Assembly: GCA_030265395.1 (NCBI GenBank)
Contig: JARFYF010000050.1
Span: forward strand, 24,065,165-24,129,164
DNA from: Rhina ancylostomus
Taxonomy: Eukaryota
DNA length: 64,000 bases
Reading direction: 5' to 3'
Position 1 is the first letter of the stretch. Each line of letters begins with the position of its first letter. The notes below the pieces were generated by a model. The model did no database searches. It saw nothing but the letters and a program-made list of their open reading frames with translations, and was not told the origin of the DNA. Made by a program: the position numbers and the translations under genes. This document shows, in pieces, positions 1-13,345 of this stretch.

Positions 1-135
1 TATTGAGGGAAAGGTCAGCATGTCACTAAGCTCTCTATCTCCTTCCTGTACTCCAACTCATCGTTATTTGAGATACGGCCCTCTACAGTGGTATCATCTG
101 CAAACTTGTAGATGGAGTTAGAGCAGAATCTGGCC
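1..135 (-). mobile_element. Rex1/Babar-type LINE reverse transcriptase fragment
   Basis: The minus strand reads KFADDTTVEGRISNNDELEYRKEIESL, an RT FADD motif with Rex1-like context. Confidence 0.7.
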
Positions 136-358
136 ATTCAGTCAGAATGCTTGGTCTCTTGTCACACCCCGCTCACAGGCATCAGGTCCAGGTATTTTGT
201 TACTTTTTCTCATGTAACAGCTTCCAATCAAACTAGATTTAATGTCTAAAATAAAGACATCTTGCCCAAATTTTGTTCTTCAAATCCTTCATTGCAGTGG
301 CAATTGAATGTGTGCTCATGACCTCACATGTGTTTTTATTTCTTTCTCTCTCTTGCAG

Positions 359-533
359 AACAGTCCTTCTGCTTAATTCCTCTGAAGTACCCAGTGACTT
401 TCTATCAGTCACCCAGAAGATCAGCAGCAAGCATCAGTCCCCGGGAGATTCTCATATCACCCTGATTAAGCACATGTACCAGGCAGTTTTTGGTGCTAAG
501 TACAACTTGAATGATATTCAAAGTGCCCTTGAG
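359..533 (+). CDS. PIK3R5: PIK3R5 (p101) internal coding exon, first in window
   Basis: Acceptor tctcttgcag|A and donor GAG|gtaagg. Encodes TVLLLNSSEVPSDFLSVTQKISSKHQSPGDSHITLIKHMYQAVFGAKYNLNDIQSALE, matching recalled human p101 TVLLLNPVEVQAEFLAVANKLS...LLHAFQATFGAHCD. Phase 2 to 0. Confidence 0.93.
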
Positions 534-2100
534 GTAAGGAAGCTTCCTGTTATAGGAATGAATGTGAAATGATTCCATTATGTGATGATGGTGATTTAAG
601 AAAATAATACCCTTGAGAATAGCAGTGGAATTTTTAGTAATTTTAAATAATATGATCACAATAACTCAGTTCCGACGCTATTCAGTCAGAGAATAATGTG
701 AGACAGATGTATGTTAATGCTGAAGACTAAAAGCATGTGGATGAAATAAATCAAATATGAATATTGATATAGAGAAAGAGACCGATAACTGAATAAACCA
801 ACCTGTGTCATCCTTTGAAACTAAAATACTGCAGGTGATGAAAATTTGAAATAAGCACAGAAGCACTGGAAGTACTCAGTAGGCCAGGTGGCATGTATCA
901 ATTATCTGTTGAACATTCACTGTATAAAAGAACCACATATAACTGAACCCTGAATAAGAGCTATCCACTTCAATTAGCCAAAGATCTGGGATTTTTCCTG
1001 ATACAGCTGAGGCCTTGTTGCGTAAGATTCTGACTTACTGTCATGAATTTGTTTTACACCAAAGTGCATCACAGCCATCTGTAGTACCATAGTTGCTGCT
1101 TTACTGACCTAGAACTCAAACGTGTACTGGTGATCTAGAGATAAAAGTTCATATCTCAGAAATAAAGCAATCCCTGCAATGGTGAAATCCTCAAATAATG
1201 AAGTAAACAGTTTTTGGTTGCATGATGTAATTCAGGGAAGGAAATGTGCCATCCTTACCCAGTCTGCTATTGTCTAAACTACCCTCTGATATGGCTCAGG
1301 ATTCTCAAGGGGCAATTATCAATGGGTAATAAACAGTGCCATTGCCATCAACCCGAACAACCTGAGGATGAGCAATACTGGCTTGTTGTTGGCTCCTGAC
1401 CGTCCATGTTGAATCTACACATGTTGCATTTGAACTCTGGTAAGGCAGTTTCGTGAACTTCATTGGAATTGATGGCAAAGTGACCTGATTCTGGGAAGAA
1501 AGAGTCTGCTGCAACCATCAGTGTCAGTGGCCAAAGGTGTTGGGCAACATGTAGCCTCGTTTCAGGTGCTGGTATCTACAATGGAGCTGCTGAAACTGCT
1601 GGTCATCACAGTGACACTCCCTGACCCACAGCCAACGTCGCTACTTCCCTCTGTTGTCAGCTATGGTTTCTCACTTCATCAACACTCAATTTAATTTCCC
1701 TTTTGCCAACATCCTTAAAGCTGAGCTTTAGGTGCCCCTATGGTCCCTTGTTGGAGCCACTTCCCCTACAATTTACCCTTGGGAAAGAGGCGACCCTAAC
1801 TAAATCTGAAGAGTGATCAGTAGCATTTTGCAATCAATGTGGAAGCCAAATGGAACATGGCAGGAGCCCACAAGAAGAACCAGTTTATCCATATTAATGA
1901 TGCTAGATCCACAATAAACTTTGGTCATCTTACCAGGAGAAATCTTATGTTTCATTTTGAAAAATATCAAAGGATTTTTTGCATCCCTGTGAACAGGCAG
2001 ATGGTTACTTGTGGTAGATCTATAACTATTCCTAATTACAGTTAGTAATTAAAATCCTTAAATTCATTCTACATGAAGCTGTTTTGCCTTTTTTTTCCAG

Positions 2101-2254
2101 TCTAAAACTGCAAACGAACTCTTGGAAATTTTCTCAAACTGTTCTGATGCTATGGAAATCACAGCTGCTATGAAGGACGTTACCAAAGCCAGAGAATATT
2201 TAGTGACCAGATTAGAGGAGATTAAAGAAAGGTCTGGGCTCCTCCCAAAAACAG
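2101..2254 (+). CDS. PIK3R5: PIK3R5 coding exon (154 nt)
   Basis: ttttttccag|TCT...ACA G|gtacgt. SKTANELLEIFSNCSDAMEITAAMKDVTKAREYLVTRLEEIKERSGLLPKT resembles human [46 protein letters not shown]. Phase 0 to 1. Confidence 0.92.
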
Positions 2255-3279
2255 GTACGTAACTTATTGCCATCATCACGAAATGTTTGCGTTTCATGCT
2301 CCAAAACCTATTCCAAATAGATATCGTAAGAAACACCATGAACATAAGCATTAAAAGCACAGTAGGCCATATTGGCTTCTCAACCTTACTCCAATGTTCA
2401 ATAAAATAATTATCACCTTGCCCTTAATTATCAGATTCCAGCACTAGCAGCCTTTGCGTTCCTGCTTCTCATCCTCCAGCAGCCGTCTCCACCTCCACCC
2501 TCCCCTCACCCCACCCGGCTGCATCTTGTTTTTGTCTGCATCCATCTACCATACACCTGCCTTTGTCTCCCAGCTCTACCCCCCCTCCCCCACCCTACTT
2601 AGCTTGATCTACCCACCATNNNNNNNNNNNNNNNNNNNNNNNNNNNNNNNNNNNNNNNNNNNNNNNNNNNNNNNNNNNNNNNNNNNNNNNNNNNNNNNNN
2701 NNNNNNNNNNNNNNNNNNNNNNNNNNNNNNNNNNNNNNNNNNNNNNNNNNNNNNNNNNNNNNNNNNNNNNNNNNNNNNNNNNNNNNNNNNNNNNNNNNNN
2801 NNNNNNNNNNNNNNNNNNNNNNNNNNNNNNNNNNNNNNNNNNNNNNNNNNNNNNNNNNNNNNNNNNNNNNNNNNNNNNNNNNNNNNNNNNNNNNNNNNNN
2901 NNNNNNNNNNNNNNNNNNNNNNNNNNNNNNNNNNNNNNNNNNNNNNNNNNNNNNNNNNNNNNNNNNNNNNNNNNNNNNNNNNNNNNNNNNNNNNNNNNNN
3001 NNNNNNNNNNNNNNNNNNNNNNNNNNNNNNNNNNNNNNNNNNNNNNNNNNNNNNNNNNNNNNNNNNNNNNNNNNNNNNNNNNNNNNNNNNNNNNNNNNNN
3101 NNNNNNNNNNNNNNNNNNNNNNNNNNNNNNNNNNNNNNNNNNNNNNNNNNNNNNNNNNNNNNNNNNNNNNNNNNNNNNNNNNNNNNNNNNNNNNNNNNNN
3201 NNNNNNNNNNNNNNNNNNNNNNNNNNNNNNNNNNNNNNNNNNNNNNNNNNNNNNNNNNNNNNNNNNNNNNNNNNNNNNN

Positions 3280-3555
3280 TGGCTAACATGAGGGGACATA
3301 ATTTTAAGGTGATTGGAGGAAGGTATAAGGGGGATGTTAGGGGTAAGTTTTTTACATAGGGAGTGGTGGGTGTGTGAAACACACTGCCGGCAGAGGTTGT
3401 GGGGGCAGATACATAGGGACATTTAAGAAACTCTTAGATAGATACATGAATAATAGGAAAATAGGGCGCTATGTGGGAGGGAAGGGTTAGATAGATCTTA
3501 GAGCAGGATAAAATGTCGGCACAGCATTATGGGCTGAAGGTCCTGTACTGTGCTG
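3280..3555 (+). mobile_element. CR1 (HER1-like) LINE 3' end
   Basis: MRGHNFKVIGGRYKGDVRGKFFT is the CR1 ORF2 C-terminus, followed by tail gggctgaaggtcctgtactgtgctgt. Confidence 0.85.
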
Positions 3556-6500
3556 TCATCTTCTTTAAGCTGAGGGGTACAACTCATTCACCAAATGGCT
3601 ATTATTGCCAGATGGAAGAGCACAGGTGTTCAAGGGAGTTTTGTTCACCATTTTACAAAGCTTCTTTATATAACAAACTCCTTTCCATTGACCTATTCAA
3701 AAAGACTGTTGAACATAACTGATGTTAAGGGACCTGTATTTGAAAGACAGTCTCCAAATGCTTTCGCTCTCCTTCATTGCAATGAAATGAACTTTCATTA
3801 TGCACTAAAATAAATTAAACAAAACCCTTTGTTGTAGGGAAGATTCATTAAGTGAATGCTTGCTAACCAGGGGGATGCTGCATTGAATAATTCAGCCTGC
3901 AGAGCTCTTTGGGGTAGAGAAAAGAAATTCTTCCTTATCTCAATCATAAATAGAAAATTTATCGTTTGTTCTCAACTCCCATAAGAGTGGAAACACCTTC
4001 ACAGCATCATGTCCCCTCATAATCGCGGATCGAAAAACAAAAGCTGTTATAATTTTATAGGAGAACTGTCAGTATCTAAAAAGGGAAAAAAAACTTTGAG
4101 GAAGAGCTGAGATTTTCTGATCAGTGTTAACATTTTTATTNNNNNNNNNNNNNNNNNNNNNNNNNNNNNNNNNNNNNNNNNNNNNNNNNNNNNNNNNNNN
4201 NNNNNNNNNNNNNNNNNNNNNNNNNNNNNNNNNNNNNNNNTTGAGGAAGAGCTGAGATTTTCTGCTCAGTGTTAACATTTTTATTACAGAAAAGTGAACA
4301 ATATTAGAATAGCGCAGATTGGAATACCTAGGCTTCAATCTTTTTCCGTTCAAGTGGTGCTGCACTACTGGTATTTACTATGTAACTTTCCCAATTATTT
4401 GCTACAATGTTTCTATGATTTTACAAGTGCTATTAAATCTGTGCTGATCAGACAATGATAATGGAAACAGTTGTAAGACCATGAAATTAAGAAGTTCCTA
4501 ACTCTAAATTCCCAACAATTCTGAGAACATTCTATCTGAACAAACTGTACTGGTTTTATGCTTGAAAGGCCCTCTGATAAATTTCTTTTAATTTCTTGTA
4601 TTTTTTTTAATCATCTTGTCCTACTGCCAAATGAGAGCAACTTTTTAAATCTTCTGGTCCTTGGCCAAACGCAGGCAAATGGAGCTAGCTCAGATAGGCA
4701 ACTTGGTCGGGCTGAAGGCCCTGTTTCTGTGCTGTATAACTCCATGACTCTGTAACTCTGGTCTAATTGGTTCCTCCCGCCCTCATGTTTCATGCAGCAG
4801 TTAACAATTATGTATTGTGATTTTCATACTCACTGGACAATAATAAATTTTTTGGATCTGAAAGGATTTTACCTTTGTCAACTTTTTGCCTTGTGGGTTT
4901 TTGCCTCAACAAAAATCCTGTCGATGTTATGGGTTTAATGCCAGAGTTTAATGCCAGTATTTCTTCCACTCAAGGTAACAATTCATTCTAGTGAGATTTT
5001 ATAAAGCCCATAGTTGCTAACACAATTGGTCAATTGGTGCATATCAGGTGGTGAATGTTAAATATGAGTTCATTCAAGCTTGACCCCTTGCCTAGTGCTG
5101 GCTCTTGATAGTTGTAAAAGTTTCTTTGATTGGTTTCAGTGTTCCTGTGAATCAGGAGGGAGAGCTGGATTTTCCTCTCCAGATCACAGTCCAGTTTCAA
5201 AATGTACTCGTGTGTTTAACAGCTCAGGACAGGACCAAGTTCATCTGTCTTGCTCCACCAGTTGAATAGTTTCCTAACATTCGACTACCTGAAATCAGCC
5301 TTGAAGAATATATATTTGATTAGCGTGATGGAGGATACCAACCCCCTGTGAACCATGGTCCAGACAAAGCTTTCTCCTTCTGGGGAGAAAGAAGAGGCAG
5401 GATTCTTGTTGAAAATACAGACTATTAATTTACTGCAACTTCTGTGGTGGAGGTGGTGTTGGGTTGGGGTGGAAGGCTTGAGAAGACAAGAGGCTGTGTG
5501 TGTGCGTTGAATACATTACTGGTTAAGTACCCAGGTTGCCATGCATACATTTGAATAGTGGGCACTGTGTAAGCTAAAGGAGCACAGGGCTGACTGCATA
5601 AGTTATTGCCGCATTATTCTTCTATCTTAATCTGCGATATAGTTAACATCTTACAAGGCAGTTTTATTGCGAAACATTGAGATGCTGTTTTCCTGGCTCA
5701 CCACTTAGTGGTGACATTGATTTGTTGAACAGATATGATACTGAGAAACACCTCAATCTGGTTAGTGGGGCTTGAATTTTGCATTAACAAGCAGGATGGA
5801 GAGGAACATCAGCAAATGTACTACATTGTTTGAAAGTCTTAGTTCTATAAAACCAAATTACATCCATGGAATTAGTTCATGAGGCTTCAGCACATAAAAT
5901 TTCAACATAGTCACAAAGAAATCCTTTGTCTGCACATCAATTGTAACAGATACCACATTTATATTAAAGTAATAATATTGACAAACCCTCAGTACCAACC
6001 CTGTGTAGCCACTAGAGGCGATGAAGAACTATACACTGAGGATGCCCACTGATTTACAACTACAAAACGGTCATTTGTGTGAAGTGTTCAAAACCAATTT
6101 CAATAGGGTAAAAAGAGGACATTTCCTGAAATCAGATATAATTACAGTGGTATGCAGCAACAGAGAATCTTAGGTCCATGTCCTAAATTGGTTGCCTGGA
6201 TTAATTCCAATTAACGGGGGGTAGTGACCAGATTCCATGGTTGTCAGGCTGTAACCAATTTTGGCTGGCAAAGCATTTTGTTTTCTATATTTATATTTTC
6301 TCTATATTCTAAAGTATATTTTTCTTTGTTAGAGGTGTTATGTACTGTTGCTATTGTTGCTGTTGATTTACAATCCATTCACAGTATTAGAGGGATTGCA
6401 TGTACGAGTCTGCAGGCTGGGTGAAGTCTGCCAAGGATGTGGGCTTTTTGAAAGATTCTACTTTACTTCCAAAGTTAAAGCCTTCATGAAAAAAAGATCT

Positions 6501-7342
6501 TTATAACACTCTTATGNNNNNNNNNNNNNNNNNNNNNNNNNNNNNNNNNNNNNNNNNNNNNNNNNNNNNNNNNNNNNNNNNNNNNNNNNNNNNNNNNNNN
6601 NNNNNNNNNNNNNNNNNNNNNNNNNNNNNNNNNNNNNNNNNNNNNNNNNNNNNNNNNNNNNNNNNNNNNNNNNNNNNNNNNNNNNNNNNNNNNNNNNNNN
6701 NNNNNNNNNNNNNNNNNNNNNNNNNNNNNNNNNNNNNNNNNNNNNNNNNNNNNNNNNNNNNNNNNNNNNNNNNNNNNNNNNNNNNNNNNNNNNNNNNNNN
6801 NNNNNNNNNNNNNNNNNNNNNNNNNNNNNNNNNNNNNNNNNNNNNNNNNNNNNNNNNNNNNNNNNNNNNNNNNNNNNNNNNNNNNNNNNNNNNNNNNNNN
6901 NNNNNNNNNNNNNNNNNNNNNNNNNNNNNNNNNNNNNNNNNNNNNNNNNNNNNNNNNNNNNNNNNNNNNNNNNNNNNNNNNNNNNNNNNNNNNNNNNNNN
7001 NNNNNNNNNNNNNNNNNNNNNNNNNNNNNNNNNNNNNNNNNNNNNNNNNNNNNNNNNNNNNNNNNNNNNNNNNNNNNNNNNNNNNNNNNNNNNNNNNNNN
7101 NNNNNNNNNNNNNNNNNNNNNNNNNNNNNNNNNNNNNNNNNNNNNNNNNNNNNNNNNNNNNNNNNNNNNNNNNNNNNNNNNNNNNNNNNNNNNNNNNNNN
7201 NNNNNNNNNNNNNNNNNNNNNNNNNNNNNNNNNNCCTATGCTCTACAAGTATATATGGTTTGAAACAGAATTACTTATCTGTTTTGGTATTGAATTATCA
7301 CTATATTAAATGGTATGTCTAATCTCTTGTTGCATTCAATAG

Positions 7343-7426
7343 CCCAGAATGGGATGGCTAAGCTGCAAACAATTCCGTTGCCAGTTGCAAATTGCTACAG
7401 CTATCACTGGGACCAGGATAACTTTG
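7343..7426 (+). CDS. PIK3R5: PIK3R5 coding exon (84 nt)
   Basis: ttcaatag|CC...TTT G|gtaagc. AQNGMAKLQTIPLPVANCYSYHWDQDNF resembles human [22 protein letters not shown]. Phase 1 to 1. Confidence 0.93.
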
Positions 7427-8519
7427 GTAAGCACACAACAACGTGATAACATTCAGGCAATTCTCCATATCATGGAGTTATCAGGAGAGCTATACAATTA
7501 GTGCTAGGACTGAAAAGTAGATTGAATTCAAACACATGTAATAATCTACACCTTCATATCCTTGTTTATGTTATTCTATTAACACTGAGTTAATCCTCAA
7601 GTTGTTAACATTAGTCTCTTTGTATCATGAAGCATATTTCTAAATTTTGAAAGTATGAGATTCACTATTAATTTAGCAAATGAAATGATAGCTTAATTTT
7701 GGAATATTTATGATTGAGATGTATTAATATTGCTAGAATTTTGCAACTAAAAGCATTTCAGGTTTGACAAAAGAATCTTTAAGAAGTTTTTCACTGTACC
7801 TCAGTACAAGTGACAATAATAAACCAATACCAATATTATCTTTCACCGATTTGTGTGCAAAGACATCCAGGTCCCTCTGAACACCACCATTTTTCATCCT
7901 TTCACTATTTACAAAGTACTCTGCCTTCCTTTATTTTCTACTAAAGTGGATGACCTCACATTATGTTCTGCCATGTCCTGCCTATTCACTTTTCTTGTCT
8001 ATGTTCCCCTTGAACCTCCCTGCATCCTCCTCACAGCACACACTGCCACCACTACTGTATCATCAGCAAACTTGAATAAATTACACTATTCATTGACTTT
8101 CAAAATTGTAAAGATTCTCCGCTGCAGCAGAAAGATGAGATTAAGTAAGATCAAAAAGACATAATTAAATTATACTGCAGTGCAAAGATGTGAAGAGTCC
8201 TGTTCATTTAACTATTTTAAGGCTATTTCCCAGTAAATGACTCGTAAGCATAGGTAACAGTAATTTTTCCAATGGGTTAAGATAGGATTGGTATAGAAAT
8301 GGGTGCTTGATGGTCAACATCGCCTTGGTGGGCTGAAGGGTCTGTTTCTGTGCTGTGTCTCTCTATAATTCTGTGGCTGTACTTGAGAGATCCAGAGACT
8401 GATTTAGTGCAGCATTGAAGGTTTAGTTTGAATTATTGCAATGGCATTCTTAAATCTGTTAAAATTATGGATCAGTTTGTATGCCACAAGATAATACAAT
8501 ATCTTAATTTTTATTTTAG

Positions 8520-9213
8520 ATATTTTACAGGAAGTTCTCCTGAAAGAGTGTGAGGTTCCTGATACTGTCTTGCTTCCCAAGTACAACAAAAATAAGGAAG
8601 GGGAGGAAGAAGAGAAGGATATTGAGGAAGAGGAGGATGTAATTGAAAATGAGCGAGATTCTGTGCTCTCTACGATATCCATAACATCCAAGGACTATAT
8701 GAAATCATTTGTCTCAAATCTCTCAGATTATATGGACAGTGGTTATGCAGAAGATGGAGATGAAAGTTCACCTGAAACAACAGGGATGTCAGAGCAGAAA
8801 GAAGAGAAGCAAAATACTGTGGGAAAGAAATTAACAAAAAAATTAACGAACTTTTTCAGAACCAGAAATACCCTGACACATAAAGCGGACCCAAAATACA
8901 GTTTAAACAATTCTTATTCAAATCTATGCAAAGGGACGTCTATGTCAAGCTCCCTACCTCTTCGTCGAGCAGAAAGCTTGGGCTGCACTGAAGTGAAATC
9001 CAAGCCTCCAATGAAGTCCAGGCGCTCAAACTCGTTACCGCAGCATGCAAGCTATAATTGCCAGTTTGAACGATGTTTACAACAGAACACATGCTTCAAA
9101 CGTCGGCCATATCTCAGCTTTGAGGATGATTGTAAAACCATGACACTGCGAGTTGTTGTATTTGGTACTGACAGGATTCTAGGAAAAGTTGCAAGAGCCT
9201 ACAGCAATCTTAG
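8520..9213 (+). CDS. PIK3R5: PIK3R5 large central exon (694 nt; acidic and Ser-rich linker)
   Basis: attttag|AT...CTT AG|gtgaga. DILQEVLLKE..acidic tract..ERDSVLST..SFVSNLSDYMDSGYAED..LPLRRAESL..RSNSLPQ..TLRVVVFGTDRILGKVARAYSNLR are hallmark p101 motifs. Overlaps ORF 8570..9217. Confidence 0.97.
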
Positions 9214-10567
9214 GTGAGAAATACTTACATCTTTATTCTGTCTGTAGTTCTATGTAAAGTGAGCATCTTTCCCAGAACCAGCACTAACCACTAACTGTCA
9301 ATTTAGGGTTCTAATCTACTTCTGCGCTACTACAGTGCACCAGAGGAGAATTCAACCAATTTGGAATTGTCAAATGAATCCAGAGATGAAATTATATTTG
9401 TAGCTAGCAATCCGGTTATTTAATTACCATTTGACATAGTCCTGATGAGCAGCTCTTCTGCAACGTTATTTCTCTCCATGCAAAATGTGATCAATGGGAT
9501 TTCAGGACAGAGCTGAGTGTGCATCACCCTTCTCCCAATTGATCTTAAATCTGTTATTTTAATGGTGAAGTCTTCCAAGATGTGAAACCTCCATGCCGAC
9601 ACTGCCAGTATCCACTCCTACCGGAAGAGGTGGAGCTTCAGATTCACTGTAGTTTACCCACTTCATTCTGCTTTAGACCAGTTCTTCTCTTGATTGTGGG
9701 AGTTGGTGTGTTCCTTTGGATTTTCTTCTGCAGTCTTGCAGCAGCTTTTCCATGTAAGAACAGTACAACATGGTGAGCGGTACTACTGAGTGCAGACACA
9801 TTGTCAGTGTATGATGGTTCAGAACAATATGTTTTCACATTTAAATCATTTAACTTAAAAATGTGAACACATTAAATTGTAGTAATTTAATAATCTATCA
9901 TCTGAGGCCAATATTATGTCTGAGATGCTGAACTTCTAGCAAAAAACTGCATTATATTACATTGGAAGAGTTAAACATATCTAACAAGTATTTTTTATTT
10001 GTCCTTCAGTATGTACTATCCTACATGTAGGGGTTGAAATTAGAACTTCGAGAATCCCTGATTGTACCTTACACACACAATACACTGAAGTCCTAATAAC
10101 AAAAATGAAGGCAAGTATAAAACAAGCAACACAAATTCCATGTCACTTCTTCTTTGAGATAATGAGCAGAAAATTTGTAACAGAACGTGACAACAAATTT
10201 GGAATGTGACAACAAATCACACAGACCTTTTACTGTGTTAAAATTCTGTGGAGATCAAGGACAGTCAAATAAATTCCATGGAAATCCCAAAAGTCACCCT
10301 GATGGAAGAAGACTATAAGATACTTATGAACAGATCTAAAGAGCAAAGTATTCCAGTCAAAATGTACTTGTCCTTGTTCTGAAAATTCCTCCAAAGCTGT
10401 AAACAGGTCACATTGCCATTCTGCTCAGCAGCCCAAGACAGAAGACAACCATAACAGTAACGTTAGCTAACCTATATCCAATTTTTCCTGCTTTGAAAGG
10501 GTTAAAATCTCTTGGCTCTGTCAGAAATTTGGTGGATATCTAGGTAAGAATCTTTTTTTTCTTCCAG

Positions 10568-10712
10568 GTTGCAAGAAAGCAAAACTCCCTTTCTAACAAA
10601 GTACTTCAGGATGCAATTTTTTTATATTCCTCTGCAAAGAAATTCAATCAGCAGCCCTGTGCAGAACACAAATTCACCATCAGACAATCAACACAGAACA
10701 TCCATGCAAATG
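10568..10712 (+). CDS. PIK3R5: PIK3R5 coding exon (145 nt)
   Basis: ttcttccag|G...ATG|gtaaat. RLQESKTPFLTKYFRMQFFYIPLQRNSISSPVQNTNSPSDNQHRTSMQM resembles human [26 protein letters not shown]. Phase 2 to 0. The 3' end is set by frame compatibility with the next exon. Confidence 0.88.
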
Positions 10713-11153
10713 GTAAATAATTTGACTTTTGTTGCATAGAATAACAAGTAATATTTGGATTGATTTTAGACTCAAATATTAATGTCCAATTTTTTGGAGA
10801 CATTCATTACAATCATGATATTGCATAGGTTCTCTTGAATGCTGTTTCTCTTTTCCATACCATCAAGTGGCATTTCACTGCAGTTCGTGCTGTGTTAAGG
10901 ATAAAAATTCAACAATTTTCTCTCTCTCATAATCTCTGAAAAAAAATGTGACGTGGATGCAAATCTTTCTGTGGCATTCTTTTGTCAGTCAAAGATTAAG
11001 AAAGGTGCTTCATTAAAATTGATGCTGTACTCATAGAGTAATACTGCATGGAANNNNNNNNNNNNNNNNNNNNNNNNNNNNNNNNNNNNNNNNNNNNNNN
11101 NNNNNNNNNNNNNNNNNNNNNNNNNNNNNNNNNNNNNNNNNNNNNNNNNNNNN

Positions 11154-11830
11154 GCTGTACTCATAGAGTAATACTGCATGGAAACAGGCCATTTGGCCCA
11201 ACTTGTCTCTGCTGTCCCATTTGTCTTCATTGGCCCATGTCCCTCTAAACCTTCCCTATCCATGTATCTCTCTAACTGTTTTTTAAACATTGAAATTGTA
11301 CCACTTCCTCTGGCAGCTCATTCCATATACCCACCACCCTCTGTGTGAATAAGTTGCCCCTCAGGTCCTCTTTAAATTTTTCCCTTCTCACCTTAAATCT
11401 ATGCCCTCTAGTTTTAGACTCCGCTACTTTGGGGGAAAAACTATTCACTTTACCTATGCCCCTCATGATTTTATGTACCTCTATAACGTCACCCTTCAGC
11501 CTCGTACACTCCATGGAAAACAGAATCAGCCTATTCAGTGTTTCCTGATAACTCAAGTCCTCCAGTCCTGGTAACATCCTTGTGAACCTTTTCTGCACCC
11601 TTTCCAGCTTAATATCATCCTTCCTAAAGCTGGGTGAACAGAACTGCTCATAATACTCCAAGTGTGGCTTCACCAGTGTCTTGTACAGTTGCAACATGAT
11701 GTCCTGCACTTAATGTCCTGACTGATGAAGGCAAGTGTGCCAAATGCCTTCTTCATCACCTTGTATATCCGTGTCGCCACCTTCAGGGAACCATGTACTT
11801 GTACCCCTAGGTCTCCCTGTTTGACAATAA
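11154..11830 (-). mobile_element. CR1 LINE 3' fragment
   Basis: ORF 11272..11709 reads LYKTLVKPHLEYYEQF..LERVQKRFTRMLPGL..TRGHRFKV..FTQRVVGIWNELP, with the CR1 tail next to the gap. Confidence 0.92.
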
Positions 11831-12394
11831 AATGTGCTTTGCCTTCATGTCTGAATTTAGGACATGGTTTTGGTTCTAACTGCTGATTACCTCACTGATT
11901 AGCCTGGCCGTGCTAAAATGGATTCCCATCAGTTTTGCACTGGAGTCCTGATAAGGCACAATTTTGATGGTTTCAACATCTACTTTCACTGAAGTTGTAT
12001 AGAATACCGGCCGACTGCACAACTGTATTTAAATATTTTAAATACTCTAATTGTTTTAAATTTCTAATTGTTTACATATTGTGATCTTTATCTTTTTAAA
12101 TCGTTTGATTAATTTTTAGTAGTTTTTAAATATTTTCCAATATAATGAATATCAGATACACAGAAACTCACAGACCTATTGACAAGCGATAACCCTGCAG
12201 GTGGTGCTTAACCAGCTGGCAAACATTTCTGAGGTGATCTGTGCATTTATACCAGGACACCCCAACACTAAGCAGGGTAGTGCTGAACAGGAGGCAAATT
12301 ACCTCTGTAAGTAGGGGAGCACTGGGCACGTATGTCTATTGATCAGTGAGGAAGGGTAACTGGCCATCATTGTATTAGCAGATAACCTTGTGAA

Positions 12395-12560
12395 GCGTTA
12401 TTTATTATCTTTTTCTTGGGCAGTCCTTTGGGATTGAGGATCAGTTTTGTGAGATCTGAGGTGGCTGTTGAGGCCAGTGTGTGAACCACAGACTCTTCCA
12501 CAAATGGGTGGAGGTATTTGATGAGGCACAGTAGTTTGTGAGCTTGTGTTTTTGTGTGTA
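12395..12560 (-). mobile_element. RTE-clade LINE 3' end
   Basis: PICGRVCGSHTGLNSHLRSH resembles the C-terminal zinc-finger-like motif of RTE elements. Confidence 0.6.
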
Positions 12561-12879
12561 TGCATGGACTTAAGTCTGTTTTTATTAAATGTTTTTATTC
12601 CACTTTGACCCAACAATCCCCAGGCATTAGTGAGGTTTTAAATGATTTTTGAAAAGCTCATTTTTTAAATTAATGTTTAAATGTTTTTCAACTATTTCCA
12701 TAAGTCTCAGGTTATCAAAGACATTTTGAAACAGTGTAAATGGTAGTCCTTGGGTAGAGCCACAGTCTTGTTTAATGAGGTGTCACTGAGTTTTTAATGG
12801 TGCATTAAGTTTCAATATCCCCGGAATAATATCCCAAAGCTAAATTTATTTATTTATTTAAAATAAATTTTAGTTATTT

Positions 12880-13345
12880 AAAGCAAAAGAGGTTATGCAG
12901 AGGACATGCTCCAAGATGTTTTGGGTGGAACTTTTCAGATATGATAAGAGGCTGGATAGGCTAGGTTTGTTTTCTTTGTAATGGAGAAGGCTGATGGGAT
13001 GAATGAGGTGGGATGAGGAGCACAGGTAGGGCAGAGATAAAGAAACCTTCATCCTTAGCAGAGGTGTCTATAACCGGACAGTGTAGGTTCAAGGTAAGAG
13101 GTAGGAGAATTTGAGGGGATTTAAGGAAAATTCTTTTCACCCAGTGGTTAAAATCTGGCACCCATTGCCCGAGAGGTGTGTGGATGCATAATATCGAAGA
13201 CAGAGTTAGATGAGCACCTGAAACATTGTGGTAAAGAAGGCCTTGGGCCAACTGGTAGGAAATGGAATTGGTGTGGGTAGGTACTTGATGGCCGGCATGG
13301 ACATGGTGGGCCAAGGGCCAATTTCCATGCCACGTGACTCTGAAT
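12880..13345 (+). mobile_element. Degenerate CR1 LINE 3' end
   Basis: gagaggctggataggctaggtttgttttct..ttttcacccag..gggccaagggccaatttccatgc..gactctga match the CR1 3' consensus seen elsewhere in the window. Confidence 0.75.

Noticed and set aside
4097-4285. 44-nt direct repeat flanking a 100-N gap
   Set aside because: Near-identical sequence on both sides of a placeholder gap indicates overlapping contig ends, not a biological repeat or target-site duplication.
2454-7263. Long ORFs of 249-301 aa in the ORF track
   Set aside because: They are open only because they run through N gaps.
7348-7426. Alternative acceptor cccag 5 nt inside the 84-nt exon
   Set aside because: It would shift the frame. 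The upstream AG at 7341-7342 preserves frame and homology.
8404-8691. Minus-strand ORFs overlapping PIK3R5 exons (also 2064-2360 and 239-430)
   Set aside because: Antisense shadows of real exons. The poly-Ser is simply the complement of the Glu-rich tract.
11024-11183. 30-nt direct repeat gctgtactcatagagtaatactgcatggaa around a 100-N gap
   Set aside because: Same scaffolding-overlap artefact. A similar case occurs at about 36700-36836.
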